A DNA stretch of 63,792 bases, filler included, from an uncultured bacterium (GTDB lineage: Bacteria; Latescibacterota; UBA2968), in NCBI GenBank assembly GCA_964471275.1. It is 4 parts of 4 records of this genome, joined end to end, with 100 filler letters (N's around TTAATTAATTAA, not from the genome) between each part and the next. Parts side by side here need not be neighbours in the genome. Positions count along the whole stretch, not along the records: positions 17,467 to 34,821 come from CAYYGZ010000083.1; 3 more parts are not named here. One strand, given 5' to 3'. The notes below the pieces were generated by a model that saw nothing but the letters and a program-made list of their open reading frames with translations, was not told the origin of the DNA and did not search any database. The translations under genes and the position numbers were made by a program. Positions 20,123-29,420 of this stretch are shown here, in pieces (position 1 is the first letter of the stretch; every line of letters starts with the position of its first letter).

Positions 20123-20769
20123 CTAGTCGGTTTGATGTGTACGCGACCATCTTCGAGGACAACGCGTCCCTCGGCGAACATCCGAACCACCGCGGGATAC
20201 AAGGTGTGTTCAATACGCAGAACCCGCTCAGCAATCGAATCGGCCGTATCCGTTTCGTATACCTTGACGGCCTCCTGCGCGATGATCGGCCCGCTGTCAT
20301 ACTGCTCATTGACCAGATGCACCGTCGCTCCCGTCACGCGAGCGCCGCTGGCGAGAACGGCCTTGTGGACCCGGTCGCCATACATCCCCCGCCCCCCGAA
20401 CGCCGGAAGAAGGGCGGGATGAATGTTGATGATGCGGTCACCGAACGCAGCGAGGGTCGCTTGCCCCAGCTTCTTCATATAACCAGCCAGTACAACAAGT
20501 TGGGTCCTGTGCTCGGCCAGACAGTTCAGGATGGCCCGATCGAGCTGCTGCGGATTCGGGTGCGTGTGTGAGCTGAGATGGGCCCAAGGCAGGTCCTGCC
20601 TCTGACTACGCTCAATCGCCCCCGACTGACTGTTGTTGCTAATGACAACACCGACCTGGGCAGGAATTTCACGCGAAACACACCGGTCGAAAATCGCCTG
20701 GAAGTTGGAACCTCCGTGAGAGGCGAGAATCCCGATTCGGAATGCCCCGACACCATCCGGATCAGCCAT
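20119..20769 (-). CDS. purN: Phosphoribosylglycinamide formyltransferase
   Basis: [30 protein letters not shown] and YDSGPII motifs. Confidence 0.97.
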   Translation of the reverse strand: MADPDGVGAFRIGILASHGGSNFQAIFDRCVSREIPAQVGVVISNNSQSGAIERSQRQDLPWAHLSSHTHPNPQQLDRAILNCLAEHRTQLVVLAGYMKKLGQATLAAFGDRIINIHPALLPAFGGRGMYGDRVHKAVLASGARVTGATVHLVNEQYDSGPIIAQEAVKVYETDTADSIAERVLRIEHTLYPAVVRMFAEGRVVLEDGRVHIKPTR

Positions 20770-20875
20770 CGAAGGGGTCGCGCTTTCAGCTAGTTGTTTT
20801 GTGAAAACGAGGAAAACAGAACGGCGGAAAATCTTGGGGAGAGCAACACCTTAATAAGTCGTTCTAGATGCTCGT

Positions 20876-20904
20876 ATGATAGACGTTTGACCCCGCGAGG
20901 TCAA
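20876..20904 (-). promoter_or_regulatory. Putative sigma70 promoter of purN-purC-mreBC, overlapped by an inverted repeat
   Basis: TTGACC-17 bp-TATCAT on the minus strand; TTGACC-N6-GGTCAA dyad. Confidence 0.6.
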
Positions 20905-20951
20905 GCGTTTACAGGCCCTTGGGCCCATCTTGCCGGGTGTGTGACCACCCC

Positions 20952-21125
20952 TCAGCCAAGAGGGTTCGGCATCAACGAGTAGCAGATCAGCATCACGATG
21001 CACGCAAGGAGCCAGCAGCCCCACTGAAGTGCTTTGGATCTCACCCCTTCCATACCCGTCGAAAGGGCCATCCCAAGGTAACACGTTACAAAAATCAGCC
21101 CGACGAGGGCACCCCAAATCGTCAT
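20952..21125 (-). CDS. Small 57-aa two-TM membrane protein
   Basis: MTIWGALVGLIFVTCYLGMALSTGMEGVRSKALQWGCWLLACIVMLICYSLMPNPLG*. GGAG RBS, starts 4 nt after the pcm stop, below the ORF-track cutoff. Confidence 0.65.
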   Translation of the reverse strand: MTIWGALVGLIFVTCYLGMALSTGMEGVRSKALQWGCWLLACIVMLICYSLMPNPLG

Positions 21126-21128
21126 TTT

Positions 21129-21779
21129 TCACATCTCCTGATGGTGGTGAGTGACGGCGCCCGTCATCGGAACGAATCTCACGCCGATACTCGGTGTCTT
21201 TTCAAAACCGTCTTCGAGCCGGTCCCAGATGACCAGGCGCTGGTCGTCCTGCCCGACGGGCGCTACCAGGCGCCCGCCGCGGACCAGCTGTTCTGCGATG
21301 CATTCCGGCAGGCTGACGGGAGCCGCTGTTAAACAGATCCGGTCGTAGGGGCCTTGCTTGGGATAGCCCAGAGATCCATCGGCCATCCGCACCTCGACAT
21401 TGTCAAACCCCAGTCCCTTCAGCCTTGATCTCGCCTCCTCTGCAAGCGTGGCAATGATCTCAACGCTGATCACCCGCGAGACGAGCCTGCTGAGAACGGC
21501 CGCCTGGTATCCCGACCCCGTACCAATTTCCAACAGGACATGATCGGGCTCGAGACGCAGGAGTTCAACCATCTTCCCGACTATATAGGGCTGCGAGATC
21601 GTCTGGCGGTGCCCGATCGGGAGTGCGTGGTCAGCGAGCGAGGCGGGCCCCAGGTGGTCCGGCACAAATGCCCGCCGGGGAACCGACCGCATCGCCGCCA
21701 GTACTCTTGGGTCGCGGACACCTCTTCCCTGGATCTGCTCCGCAACCATCCGGTCCTGATCGAGGTCGTCACCGGCCAC
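21129..21779 (-). CDS. pcm: Protein-L-isoaspartate O-methyltransferase
   Basis: QTISQPYIV, LEIGTGSGYQAA, PYDRI and VRFVPM motifs. Confidence 0.96.
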   Translation of the reverse strand: MAGDDLDQDRMVAEQIQGRGVRDPRVLAAMRSVPRRAFVPDHLGPASLADHALPIGHRQTISQPYIVGKMVELLRLEPDHVLLEIGTGSGYQAAVLSRLVSRVISVEIIATLAEEARSRLKGLGFDNVEVRMADGSLGYPKQGPYDRICLTAAPVSLPECIAEQLVRGGRLVAPVGQDDQRLVIWDRLEDGFEKTPSIGVRFVPMTGAVTHHHQEM

Positions 21780-21800
21780 GTCACACCTCGCAATCCGCTG

Positions 21801-21841
21801 AAGAAAACAAGAATGGGGTCACCTCACCTGAGGCGACCCCA
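21801..21841 (-). terminator. Intrinsic terminator after the cohesin-CTD gene
   Basis: tggggtcacctca/tgaggcgacccca hairpin followed by a U-rich tract on the minus strand. Confidence 0.75.
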
Positions 21842-21866
21842 CCCAATGTCTGTTCGATCGCAATTC

Positions 21867-22676
21867 CTACTTGAGGAACATCATCCGCTTCGTGGCCTTG
21901 AAATCGCCCGAATTCATGCGGTAGATGTAGATCCCGCTGGCAACCTGACGTCCGAACTCGTCGGCACCGTCCCACACGATTGTGTGGAAACCTGCTTCGA
22001 TATTGTCGTTAACCAGGGTCCTGACCTGCTGCCCCAGAAGGTTGTAGACAACGAGTTTGACGCTTCCGGACTCGGGCACCTCGTAGGAGATCGTCGTCGC
22101 CGGGTTGAACGGGTTCGGCACGTTCTGCGCAAGACTGAAGTCTTCCGGAACCGCGTCCAGACGACCGATCTGAATGTTGTGCATCTGGTCTACGTTGTTC
22201 GAGAGATCGACTAGAATGCCGTCCAGGATCTGGAAATCCGTCTGCAGCGGGGTATCCTCGGTGCGGAACACAAACTCGACCAGCTCGCCGGCGCCGTCCG
22301 CGCCGCTGCCATCGACCTTCATCGAGCCGACGATGATCTCACCCGGGTTCTTGTTCGAAGAAACGAACAGACCGGAATGACCGTCGGTCGATCCCATCAT
22401 ACCTTCCTGCACCTGCTTGGCTTCCACAAACTCATACTTGGCTTCGTCATACTGAAGCATGAAGCCGTAGCCCTTCAGGTTTTGGGCGTCAGCGACCGTC
22501 ATCCGGAGGCGCATCAGGCCATCCTCAGACTGTCCCCTGTCAACTCGTTTGAGCTCCAATTTGGCGAACGGGTTTTCTCCCCCCGTAATATTCAGCCCCT
22601 GAGCCATACTGTTGGCGGACACGGAACCTACTGCCAGGATTGCGGCGCTGGTCAAGATGGTCAGTAGTCTCTTCAT
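21867..22676 (-). CDS. Secreted cohesin-like domain protein with FlgD-Ig/T9SS-like C-terminal domain
   Basis: Signal peptide (MKRLLTILTS.., AGGAGG RBS); cohesin pattern NLKGYGFMLQYD..KYEFV...GAGELVEFVF; CTD LAQNVPNPFNPATTI...WDG...VASGIYIYRM. Confidence 0.85.
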   Translation of the reverse strand: MKRLLTILTSAAILAVGSVSANSMAQGLNITGGENPFAKLELKRVDRGQSEDGLMRLRMTVADAQNLKGYGFMLQYDEAKYEFVEAKQVQEGMMGSTDGHSGLFVSSNKNPGEIIVGSMKVDGSGADGAGELVEFVFRTEDTPLQTDFQILDGILVDLSNNVDQMHNIQIGRLDAVPEDFSLAQNVPNPFNPATTISYEVPESGSVKLVVYNLLGQQVRTLVNDNIEAGFHTIVWDGADEFGRQVASGIYIYRMNSGDFKATKRMMFLK

Positions 22677-22777
22677 TCCCCGAAACCTCCTGTAGGGTGG
22701 GCACATCCCAGACACTAAAATCAGTTGAAAGGTCCTATACTATAGTATCGACACCTAAGTATCCTACATCAAATCAA

Positions 22778-22806
22778 AATTTAGGGTGTACTCTAGGGAG
22801 TGTCAA
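22778..22806 (-). promoter_or_regulatory. Strong sigma70-type promoter for the cohesin-CTD gene
   Basis: TTGACA-17 bp-TAAATT in an AT-rich intergenic region; perfect palindrome ATACTATAGTAT downstream at 22737-22748. Confidence 0.65.
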
Positions 22807-22838
22807 CATGCATTTTAAAGCGCCGTAAATCTATGTAA

Positions 22839-24344
22839 TTACTGGACATACGAAAGTATTGCGCTCGCCAGCCCCTGAACGGACACATCATCCTCTGGCG
22901 CGATCGCGCAGAGGGTGTAGCCAAGATCCTTAGCGGTCTTCGATGTTGTCGGGCCGATACTGGCCGCCGGGATGGCCCGCACACGGTCGGACAAGCCCTC
23001 GGCGTCCATCAGATCATCGAAATGCTTGACCGTGGAGGAACTCGTGAAGGTCAGCATCGTCACCCGATCTTCGCGGAAGCGATCCAGAGCGACCTGATGG
23101 ACGGAATCCGGCTTGACCGTACGGTAGACGGCGCATTCTGCGACCTCGAATCCGCCTTCTTTGAGCAGTTCTGGGAGTGCCTCCCGGCCGGCCTCTGCCC
23201 GCGGATACAGGACGGAGTCACCCTCGCCCAGCTCCGACAGAAGCGCCGCAGCCAGCCCCTCGGCACGATGATTCTCCGGGACAACGTCCACACTCAGTCC
23301 GTAGGAGACCAACCTGGCGGACGTTGCCGGTCCCACGGCAGCGATCCGTGCCGCACCAAGCGAACGGATATCGCCACGCACATCCAGCACCCGGGTCAGA
23401 AAGCGGTCCACGCTGTTCGGACTGGCAAATGCGATCCACTGAAACCTGTCCAGCTTGCCGATCTGTGTATCGATCTCCGTCCAAGACTCGGGATCTCTCA
23501 TCTCGATCGTTGGAATCTCGAGTACTTCGGCCCCCGCATCACGGAGCAAACGCACCAGCTCGCTGGCCTGTTCGCGTGTCCGCGTAACTGCGATCGTCTG
23601 ATTGGCGAGCGGCCGTGACGTGAACCAGTCCAGGTGCATCCCGGCAACGGCGCCAATTACGATCGCCGCCGGGTTCGCAATATCCAGCTCGTGCAGCTTC
23701 CCGAGCGTCCCGCGAGCCGTCCTCTGCTCCGGACGCGTCCCCCACTGGATCATAGCGACCGGGGTGTCTGCGGGGAGCCCGCCGGCCATCAGCCGTTTCG
23801 CATACTGCTCGCGTTTACCGACACCCATATACACCACGATCGTGCCACCGGCTTTCCCGAGCGCTTCCCAATCGACTTGTGAATCCGGTTTTGTCGGGTC
23901 CTCGTGCCCGGTCACCAGGGTCACCTGTGTAGCCACACCGCGATGCGTCACCGGGATGCCTGCGTAGGCAGGAGCGGCAAAGCCGCTCGTCACCCCGGGC
24001 ACCACCTCAAAAGGCAGGTCGACATCCATCAGGGCGACGGCCTCTTCGCCCCCTCGACCGAACACGTAGGGATCGCCGCCCTTCAGCCGAACCACCCGTT
24101 TTCCGTCCCGGACACGGTCGACCAACAGGTCGTTCGTCTCCTCCTGCGACTTTGCCTTGAAGCCGGCTCGCTTGCCGACGTAGATCCGTTCACAATCCTG
24201 CGGCACTTCCTCAACGAGATCAGGATGCGACAGGTCATCATACAGAACGACTTCCGCACTGCGCAGACACGCCATCCCGCGTACCGTAATCAGTCCGGGG
24301 TCACCTGGACCCGCCCCAACCAGAAAGGCCTTCCCTTCGCTCAC
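22839..24344 (-). CDS. cobA: Uroporphyrinogen-III C-methyltransferase / synthase fusion (CobA-HemD)
   Basis: LVGAGPGDPGLIT and RLKGGDPYVFGRGGEE; C-terminal HemD domain VTR...FASPNSV...FTSSSTV...IGPTT. Confidence 0.95.
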   Translation of the reverse strand: MSEGKAFLVGAGPGDPGLITVRGMACLRSAEVVLYDDLSHPDLVEEVPQDCERIYVGKRAGFKAKSQEETNDLLVDRVRDGKRVVRLKGGDPYVFGRGGEEAVALMDVDLPFEVVPGVTSGFAAPAYAGIPVTHRGVATQVTLVTGHEDPTKPDSQVDWEALGKAGGTIVVYMGVGKREQYAKRLMAGGLPADTPVAMIQWGTRPEQRTARGTLGKLHELDIANPAAIVIGAVAGMHLDWFTSRPLANQTIAVTRTREQASELVRLLRDAGAEVLEIPTIEMRDPESWTEIDTQIGKLDRFQWIAFASPNSVDRFLTRVLDVRGDIRSLGAARIAAVGPATSARLVSYGLSVDVVPENHRAEGLAAALLSELGEGDSVLYPRAEAGREALPELLKEGGFEVAECAVYRTVKPDSVHQVALDRFREDRVTMLTFTSSSTVKHFDDLMDAEGLSDRVRAIPAASIGPTTSKTAKDLGYTLCAIAPEDDVSVQGLASAILSYVQ

Positions 24345-25258
24345 GCGAGAACCTCCTCCAGAATCGCTTTGCCGCCCTCTCTCGAGAGCGCCTCGGCAAG
24401 TTCTCCCCCCATTTCCTCAGCCTCTTTTTCTGTTCCCACGACACGCGACCGGATCGGCCCACCTCGTTCCGGATGGGCAACAACACCGTCGACCACGAAT
24501 CCCTCTTCCGATCGGCGTGCCCACGCACCAAACGGAATGCGACAGCCGCCGCCCAGTCTGTCCAGCGCCGAACGCTCGGCCGTGATCGCGGCGCGCACGG
24601 CAGCATCTTCGAAAACAGACAGGAGCTCAGCCGTCTCCTCGTCATCGGCACGAGAGACGATCGCCATCACTCCCTGTCCGGCCGCCGGTACAAATGCATC
24701 CGGATCGAGCCGTTCGGTGATGTGTGAATCGAGACCAAGCCGCTTGAGCCCCGCGCCCGCAAGCACAATCGCATCCAGGTCCTCCGTGGTCAGCTTGCGC
24801 AAGCGGGTGTCGACATTGCCCCGCAGCGGAAGAAGCTCCAGATCCGGGCGTACCGACCTCAGCAGTGCCTGACGCCTCAGACTCGAAGTCCCAACACGCG
24901 CGCCCTGTCTCAACGTTCCGAGCCCTGCCCCATCTCGCGCGATCAGAGCGTCTCGCACATCTGCCCGAGAGCTGACGGCGGTCAAAGACAGACCCTCCGG
25001 CAGCGTCGTCGGCAGGTCCTTCAGGCTGTGCACGGAGAAGGCGGTTCTTCCGGACAGAAGGGCCCCATCGACTTCCTTCGTGAACACACCCTTGCTGCCG
25101 ATCTCCGAAAACGAGGCGGCGAGGTTTACATCTCCCGTAGTCTGTATCACTTCGATATGGATGTCAAGCCCGGCGTGCGCTTCGTGCAGCGTAGACTTCG
25201 CCCATTCGGACTGCCAGAGTGCGAGTTGGCTTCCTCGCGAACCGATGACGACTTTCAA
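24341..25258 (-). CDS. hemC: Porphobilinogen deaminase
   Basis: GSRGSQLALWQ, VHSLKDLP, GTSSLRR, RGNVDTRL and GGCRIP motifs. Confidence 0.97.
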   Translation of the reverse strand: MKVVIGSRGSQLALWQSEWAKSTLHEAHAGLDIHIEVIQTTGDVNLAASFSEIGSKGVFTKEVDGALLSGRTAFSVHSLKDLPTTLPEGLSLTAVSSRADVRDALIARDGAGLGTLRQGARVGTSSLRRQALLRSVRPDLELLPLRGNVDTRLRKLTTEDLDAIVLAGAGLKRLGLDSHITERLDPDAFVPAAGQGVMAIVSRADDEETAELLSVFEDAAVRAAITAERSALDRLGGGCRIPFGAWARRSEEGFVVDGVVAHPERGGPIRSRVVGTEKEAEEMGGELAEALSREGGKAILEEVLA

Positions 25259-26568
25259 GAGGATTTGACCTGTTGGAGAGAGGGTGATGCGGATTCATGC
25301 GAAGTCAGGATTTCGTCCGCGAGGTTGAACAGTTGAACGAGCGTATCGACGTGGTCTGTTCCTTCCCCGTCTTCGGCCAGCTTCTTCAGCTCCGTCGTCG
25401 GCGCGTGCAGCAATTTGTTCGTGAACTGGCGCAGGACCATCCCGACACGTTCTCGCTGCTCTTCCGAGAAGTCGGCCAGTTTCGCACGTTCCAGTTCCTG
25501 CTGCATAATCCCGTGGAAGCGCTCCCGGAGGGCCACGACTGCAGGCTGGACATCCAGACTCTGTTGCCAGGCACCAAAAGCTCCCACTTCCTCGACGACG
25601 ATATGCCGGGCTTTCTCGGCTTCTTCCTGTCTCTTCTGGAGATTCGCCCCGACAACCGCTTGTAGATCGTCAATGGTATAGAGCACAACATTGTAAACGG
25701 ACCCGACATCGGGTGAGATGTCTCGAGGCACGGCAATATCGATCAGGAACATCTGCTTGTTCCGTCTGCTCGACATCGCCTTCTCGACCGTCTCTTTCTC
25801 GAGCACATAGTAGGGTGCGCTGGTCGAACTGATCACGATGTCGGCTTCCTGAAGGCGCTCCAGCGCGTCCGTCCACCCCATCGCCTGCCCGTTCACGGCG
25901 TCCGCGAGGTCCTGGGCGCGAGCCATCGTCCGACTTGCGACCGAAAGATTCGACACGCCGTTCTCTACGAGATGAAGGGCCGTGAGCTCGCTCATCTCAC
26001 CGGCACCCAGAACGAACGCATTCTGGCCATCCAGCTTACCGAAGATCTTTTTCGCGAGTTCCACGGCTGCAAACGGCACGGACACGGCTCCGGCTGCGAT
26101 CTCCGTCTCTGTGCGCGCCCGCTTGGACGCCTCGGCGGCCCCCCGGAACAATCGATTCAGGATCCGTCCGGATGTCCCGAGTTCCATCGCCCGAACACCG
26201 GCGTCCTTGACCTGACCCGCGATCTGCGGCTCGCCCATAATCATCGAATCCAGACCGGACGCGACACGGTAGAGATGTCTGACAGCAGCCTCCCCGATGT
26301 GGGAGAAGAGATGCTCATCGACCACCGCATCCCCGCCGGCCCGCGCTCTCAGGTGAGCCTGGATTGCATCGGAGGCTGCGTCCGCGTCCTCTGCCACCGC
26401 GTAGGCTTCCGTGCGATTGCACGTCGACATCAGAGCGGCTTCCGTCACGTGATCGACTCCGGCCAGATCCGTCAGGGCCACCAAATAATCCGCGGACAGA
26501 ACCGCGACCCGGTCACGGATATCGACCGGCGCCGTATGGTGTGACACACCGACTACGACGACAGCCAT
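25255..26568 (-). CDS. hemA: Glutamyl-tRNA reductase
   Basis: STCNRTE, SGLDSMIMGEPQI, GAGEMS and DIAVPRD motifs. Confidence 0.97.
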   Translation of the reverse strand: MAVVVVGVSHHTAPVDIRDRVAVLSADYLVALTDLAGVDHVTEAALMSTCNRTEAYAVAEDADAASDAIQAHLRARAGGDAVVDEHLFSHIGEAAVRHLYRVASGLDSMIMGEPQIAGQVKDAGVRAMELGTSGRILNRLFRGAAEASKRARTETEIAAGAVSVPFAAVELAKKIFGKLDGQNAFVLGAGEMSELTALHLVENGVSNLSVASRTMARAQDLADAVNGQAMGWTDALERLQEADIVISSTSAPYYVLEKETVEKAMSSRRNKQMFLIDIAVPRDISPDVGSVYNVVLYTIDDLQAVVGANLQKRQEEAEKARHIVVEEVGAFGAWQQSLDVQPAVVALRERFHGIMQQELERAKLADFSEEQRERVGMVLRQFTNKLLHAPTTELKKLAEDGEGTDHVDTLVQLFNLADEILTSHESASPSLQQVKSS

Positions 26569-27191
26569 ACGGATACCCGTTCCCTTAAGATTTCGATATC
26601 GCCGTTCTTGATCATTTCGACAGTTTCCGCAGTTACGAGACGGTCCCAGAAAGCTTTCCGGTCGGCCGCTTCGCTGAACGCCTCAACGACACGTGGTCTC
26701 AATTCACGCAACAGATCCACCATCCTGGCGTGCTCGTCGCCGAATTCGCCCTCGAGCATCTCTCTCACGAGCCTCGCATACGCAGGGCTCCCACCATCCG
26801 TCGACACGGCGACGGTGAGACTACCTCTACGGATCGACGCAGGCAGGATGAAATCCGATCGATCCAGGCTCGTCGCGTCATTGACCCAGATCCCGCGACT
26901 GCGCGCACCCGCCACGACGTCGGCGTTCACGTCATCGAGATCCGTGGCGGCGATCACGAGTGTCGCACCGTCCAGGTCGGATTCCTGAAAGTCCCTGCGC
27001 AGCCAGCTCATCGACTCGCCAACCTGATCTGCCAGGGCGTCAGTGGCCTCCGGGCTGACCAGAACCACCGTTGCTCCGGCTTCCAGTAGCCCTGCCACTT
27101 TTCGCTCACCGACTTTCCCACCCCCGACGACCAGACATCGCGCCCCGTCGAGCTTCAGGAAAACTGGATAGGCTGGGACTTGGCTCGCCAC
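26553..27191 (-). CDS. Precorrin-2 dehydrogenase/sirohydrochlorin ferrochelatase (SirC/Met8, CysG N-terminal type)
   Basis: YPVFLKL, VVGGGKVGERK, IAATD and AVSTDGGSP motifs. Confidence 0.92.
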   Translation of the reverse strand: MASQVPAYPVFLKLDGARCLVVGGGKVGERKVAGLLEAGATVVLVSPEATDALADQVGESMSWLRRDFQESDLDGATLVIAATDLDDVNADVVAGARSRGIWVNDATSLDRSDFILPASIRRGSLTVAVSTDGGSPAYARLVREMLEGEFGDEHARMVDLLRELRPRVVEAFSEAADRKAFWDRLVTAETVEMIKNGDIEILRERVSVWLSS

Positions 27192-27194
27192 CGG

Positions 27195-28013
27195 CTATCT
27201 CTCGAAGGGATGGAAGCCCGAGAAGAAGACCCCCACGACCGGAAACGCCAGCACAACGAGCGTAAACCCTGCGATTGACAGGACGGCAGCCCGGCGGCCC
27301 TGCCAGCCGGACATATATCTCACCCACAGATGACCTGCGTAGATTACCCAGGTCAGAAGCAGGGGGGCAACAGTGGGCTCACCCCAGACCCAGATACGGT
27401 CAAGCTCCTGGTATGCCCAGACGGTCGATGAAACGACTCCTGCAGTCAGAAAGACGAATCCGAACGTTGCCGCGTGGTTGTTGACCTGATTCAGCGAATC
27501 AAGGGAGGGCAGGCGCTCGTAGAAGTATCCCAGGTGCTTCTTCTGGATTTCCCCGAGCAGCATCACATACATGACGGCGCTGACACACGATATTGCAAAT
27601 GCCACGTAGGCCAGGATGTAGGCGAGGACGTGGAGTCTGAACCAGCCGCCTGAATGTTCGGAAGCCAGGACGTGCTCCGCACCGTAAAGGTTCGGTATCG
27701 CAAGAAGGTGAAGGAGCGTTACGATCGGGACGATCAGCGCCCCAAGAGCCTGCTGCTGCGTAGACAACTCGATATAGACGTAAACGATCACGATCAACCA
27801 CGCACACATCGCAGGCAGAACCTGGGTCGTGAGGGGTACGGTACCGGCCTCAAGAGACAGCATCCCCAGCAACACGGATTGCACGGCGAATCCACCCAGC
27901 AGGAATCCCAGACAGGCGCCCGAACGGCTGGACTCCCCTCTCTGGAAATGCAGAGCATAGAGCGTGGTGCTGACCAGGTAACTCGCAGCAGATATGAGCA
28001 GAGCGATGTCCAA
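27195..28013 (-). CDS. Cytochrome c assembly protein family (CcsA/HemX-like) membrane protein
   Basis: Eight TM segments; W..LHV, RLPSL..L, W-x-WGEP and GWQGRRAA motifs; heads the hem operon. Confidence 0.85.
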   Translation of the reverse strand: MDIALLISAASYLVSTTLYALHFQRGESSRSGACLGFLLGGFAVQSVLLGMLSLEAGTVPLTTQVLPAMCAWLIVIVYVYIELSTQQQALGALIVPIVTLLHLLAIPNLYGAEHVLASEHSGGWFRLHVLAYILAYVAFAISCVSAVMYVMLLGEIQKKHLGYFYERLPSLDSLNQVNNHAATFGFVFLTAGVVSSTVWAYQELDRIWVWGEPTVAPLLLTWVIYAGHLWVRYMSGWQGRRAAVLSIAGFTLVVLAFPVVGVFFSGFHPFER

Positions 28014-28088
28014 ACCAGATCCCCAAAAACAACAACCTCCAGGCGTACGCCTAAAGGTTATTGTACCCCAAACAGTTACACAAAGTTG

Positions 28089-29345
28089 CTACCCCGGCAC
28101 ATCAAAGTAACCCTCAACGTTCACCTTGAAGTTTCTCGGATCATCGGCACCTGTGATTGAACGGGCGGCCTCAGGCCCGCGTTCCTTGTATTCCTTGTAA
28201 AGATCGACCACGAACAGCGACGGTCTCCGCTTCCCGAATTGTGTGAAGATCACGCCGACCTTCGGCCGCATCGCGTCGTCCGGATTGACCTCCATTACGA
28301 CACCCATCTCATCCGTACTCAGCTTCACAAAGCTGCCGACCGGATAGATACCCAACTGCCTGATGAATGTGTCGACCACCGCATCGTCGAAATCCGTGCC
28401 CTTGCCGTCAAACACCACCCGCAGGGCGACGTGCGGCGGCAGACCGGGCTTGTAGGGGCGTGCCGAGGTAATCGCATCGTAAACATCGGCCACGGCGGCC
28501 ACCTTTGCCCAGGGATGCATATCGCTCCCGGACAGCCCCCGTGGATACCCCTTGCCGCTGGCCTTCTCGTGGTGTTGTCCCGTGATGAAGAAAGCCTCTT
28601 CAGGAACATCATCCATCGACTTCAGGATCTCTTCCCCGAAGAGCGGATGGCTCACAATCACCTTGCGTTCGTCATCGGTCAGCGGACCCGGTTTGTCCAG
28701 CATAGAAAGAGGGATCTTCGACTTCCCAATATCGTGGAGCAACCCCCCGAGGCCGATGATGCCTGCCTCCTCCTCCGTAACACCCGAGGCATAGGCAATC
28801 GCGAGCATGAGACAGCAGACATTTACCGAATGCGTGTAGGTATGCTCGCTGTAATCTTTCAGAGTGGTCAGGCTCAGGAGGGCATCTACGTTGCGAAAGA
28901 CACTACCTGTCAGCGTTTTGGAAGCGAGGGCGACCTTTTCGTGGTCGATGCTGGCGCCCTGCGCGGCGTTGCCCATAAAGTCTTTGACGATCTTGACAGA
29001 GGCGCCTCGGATCTTTCGGGCAACTTTGACTTCGTCTTTGAAGAAGGCCTTCCTGCCGCCCGGCGGCTTCGCCTTGGGCTTCTCCTTCATCTGCACGGGG
29101 CCCTGCTGTACACGCCCGCCGGCAGAATCCTTCCCCTTGTTGGTATCGATCGTGACTTCGTTCAGTCCTGCTTCCTTCAGCCGCCGCACCTGGTTTTGGG
29201 AGGTGACGAGCATCCCCTTCCCCAGCAGCAGGACGTTCTTGCCAGAGGAAGCCGTTGCGCCCTTCCCCTTCGCGGCATCTCGAACATCGGCTTCGATAAA
29301 CATGCCGATTTCGATATTATCGATTGATATCTTCTTCTTTGCCAT
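28089..29345 (-). CDS. HD-GYP c-di-GMP phosphodiesterase with DUF3391-like N-terminus
   Basis: HSVNV, LHDIGK, HHEKASGKGYP and ADVYDAITSARPYK motifs; IEIGMFI at the N-terminus. Confidence 0.92.
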   Translation of the reverse strand: MAKKKISIDNIEIGMFIEADVRDAAKGKGATASSGKNVLLLGKGMLVTSQNQVRRLKEAGLNEVTIDTNKGKDSAGGRVQQGPVQMKEKPKAKPPGGRKAFFKDEVKVARKIRGASVKIVKDFMGNAAQGASIDHEKVALASKTLTGSVFRNVDALLSLTTLKDYSEHTYTHSVNVCCLMLAIAYASGVTEEEAGIIGLGGLLHDIGKSKIPLSMLDKPGPLTDDERKVIVSHPLFGEEILKSMDDVPEEAFFITGQHHEKASGKGYPRGLSGSDMHPWAKVAAVADVYDAITSARPYKPGLPPHVALRVVFDGKGTDFDDAVVDTFIRQLGIYPVGSFVKLSTDEMGVVMEVNPDDAMRPKVGVIFTQFGKRRPSLFVVDLYKEYKERGPEAARSITGADDPRNFKVNVEGYFDVPG

Positions 29346-29420
29346 AGCCCTATCACGTTCGGAACCGGTGCAGCACCGGCCTAAAATCAATGCAGATTAC
29401 AAGTTACAAAAAGGACGATT

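Noticed and set aside
19903..20571. 222-aa plus-strand ORF, and similar long antisense ORFs (28239-29327, 29436-30329, 43689-44903, 41910-42863, 62125-62973)
   Set aside because: Shadow frames of real genes, expected at high GC.
20851..21132. 93-aa minus-strand ORF
   Set aside because: Runs through the purN promoter and has no protein-like features; the 57-aa frame is more credible.
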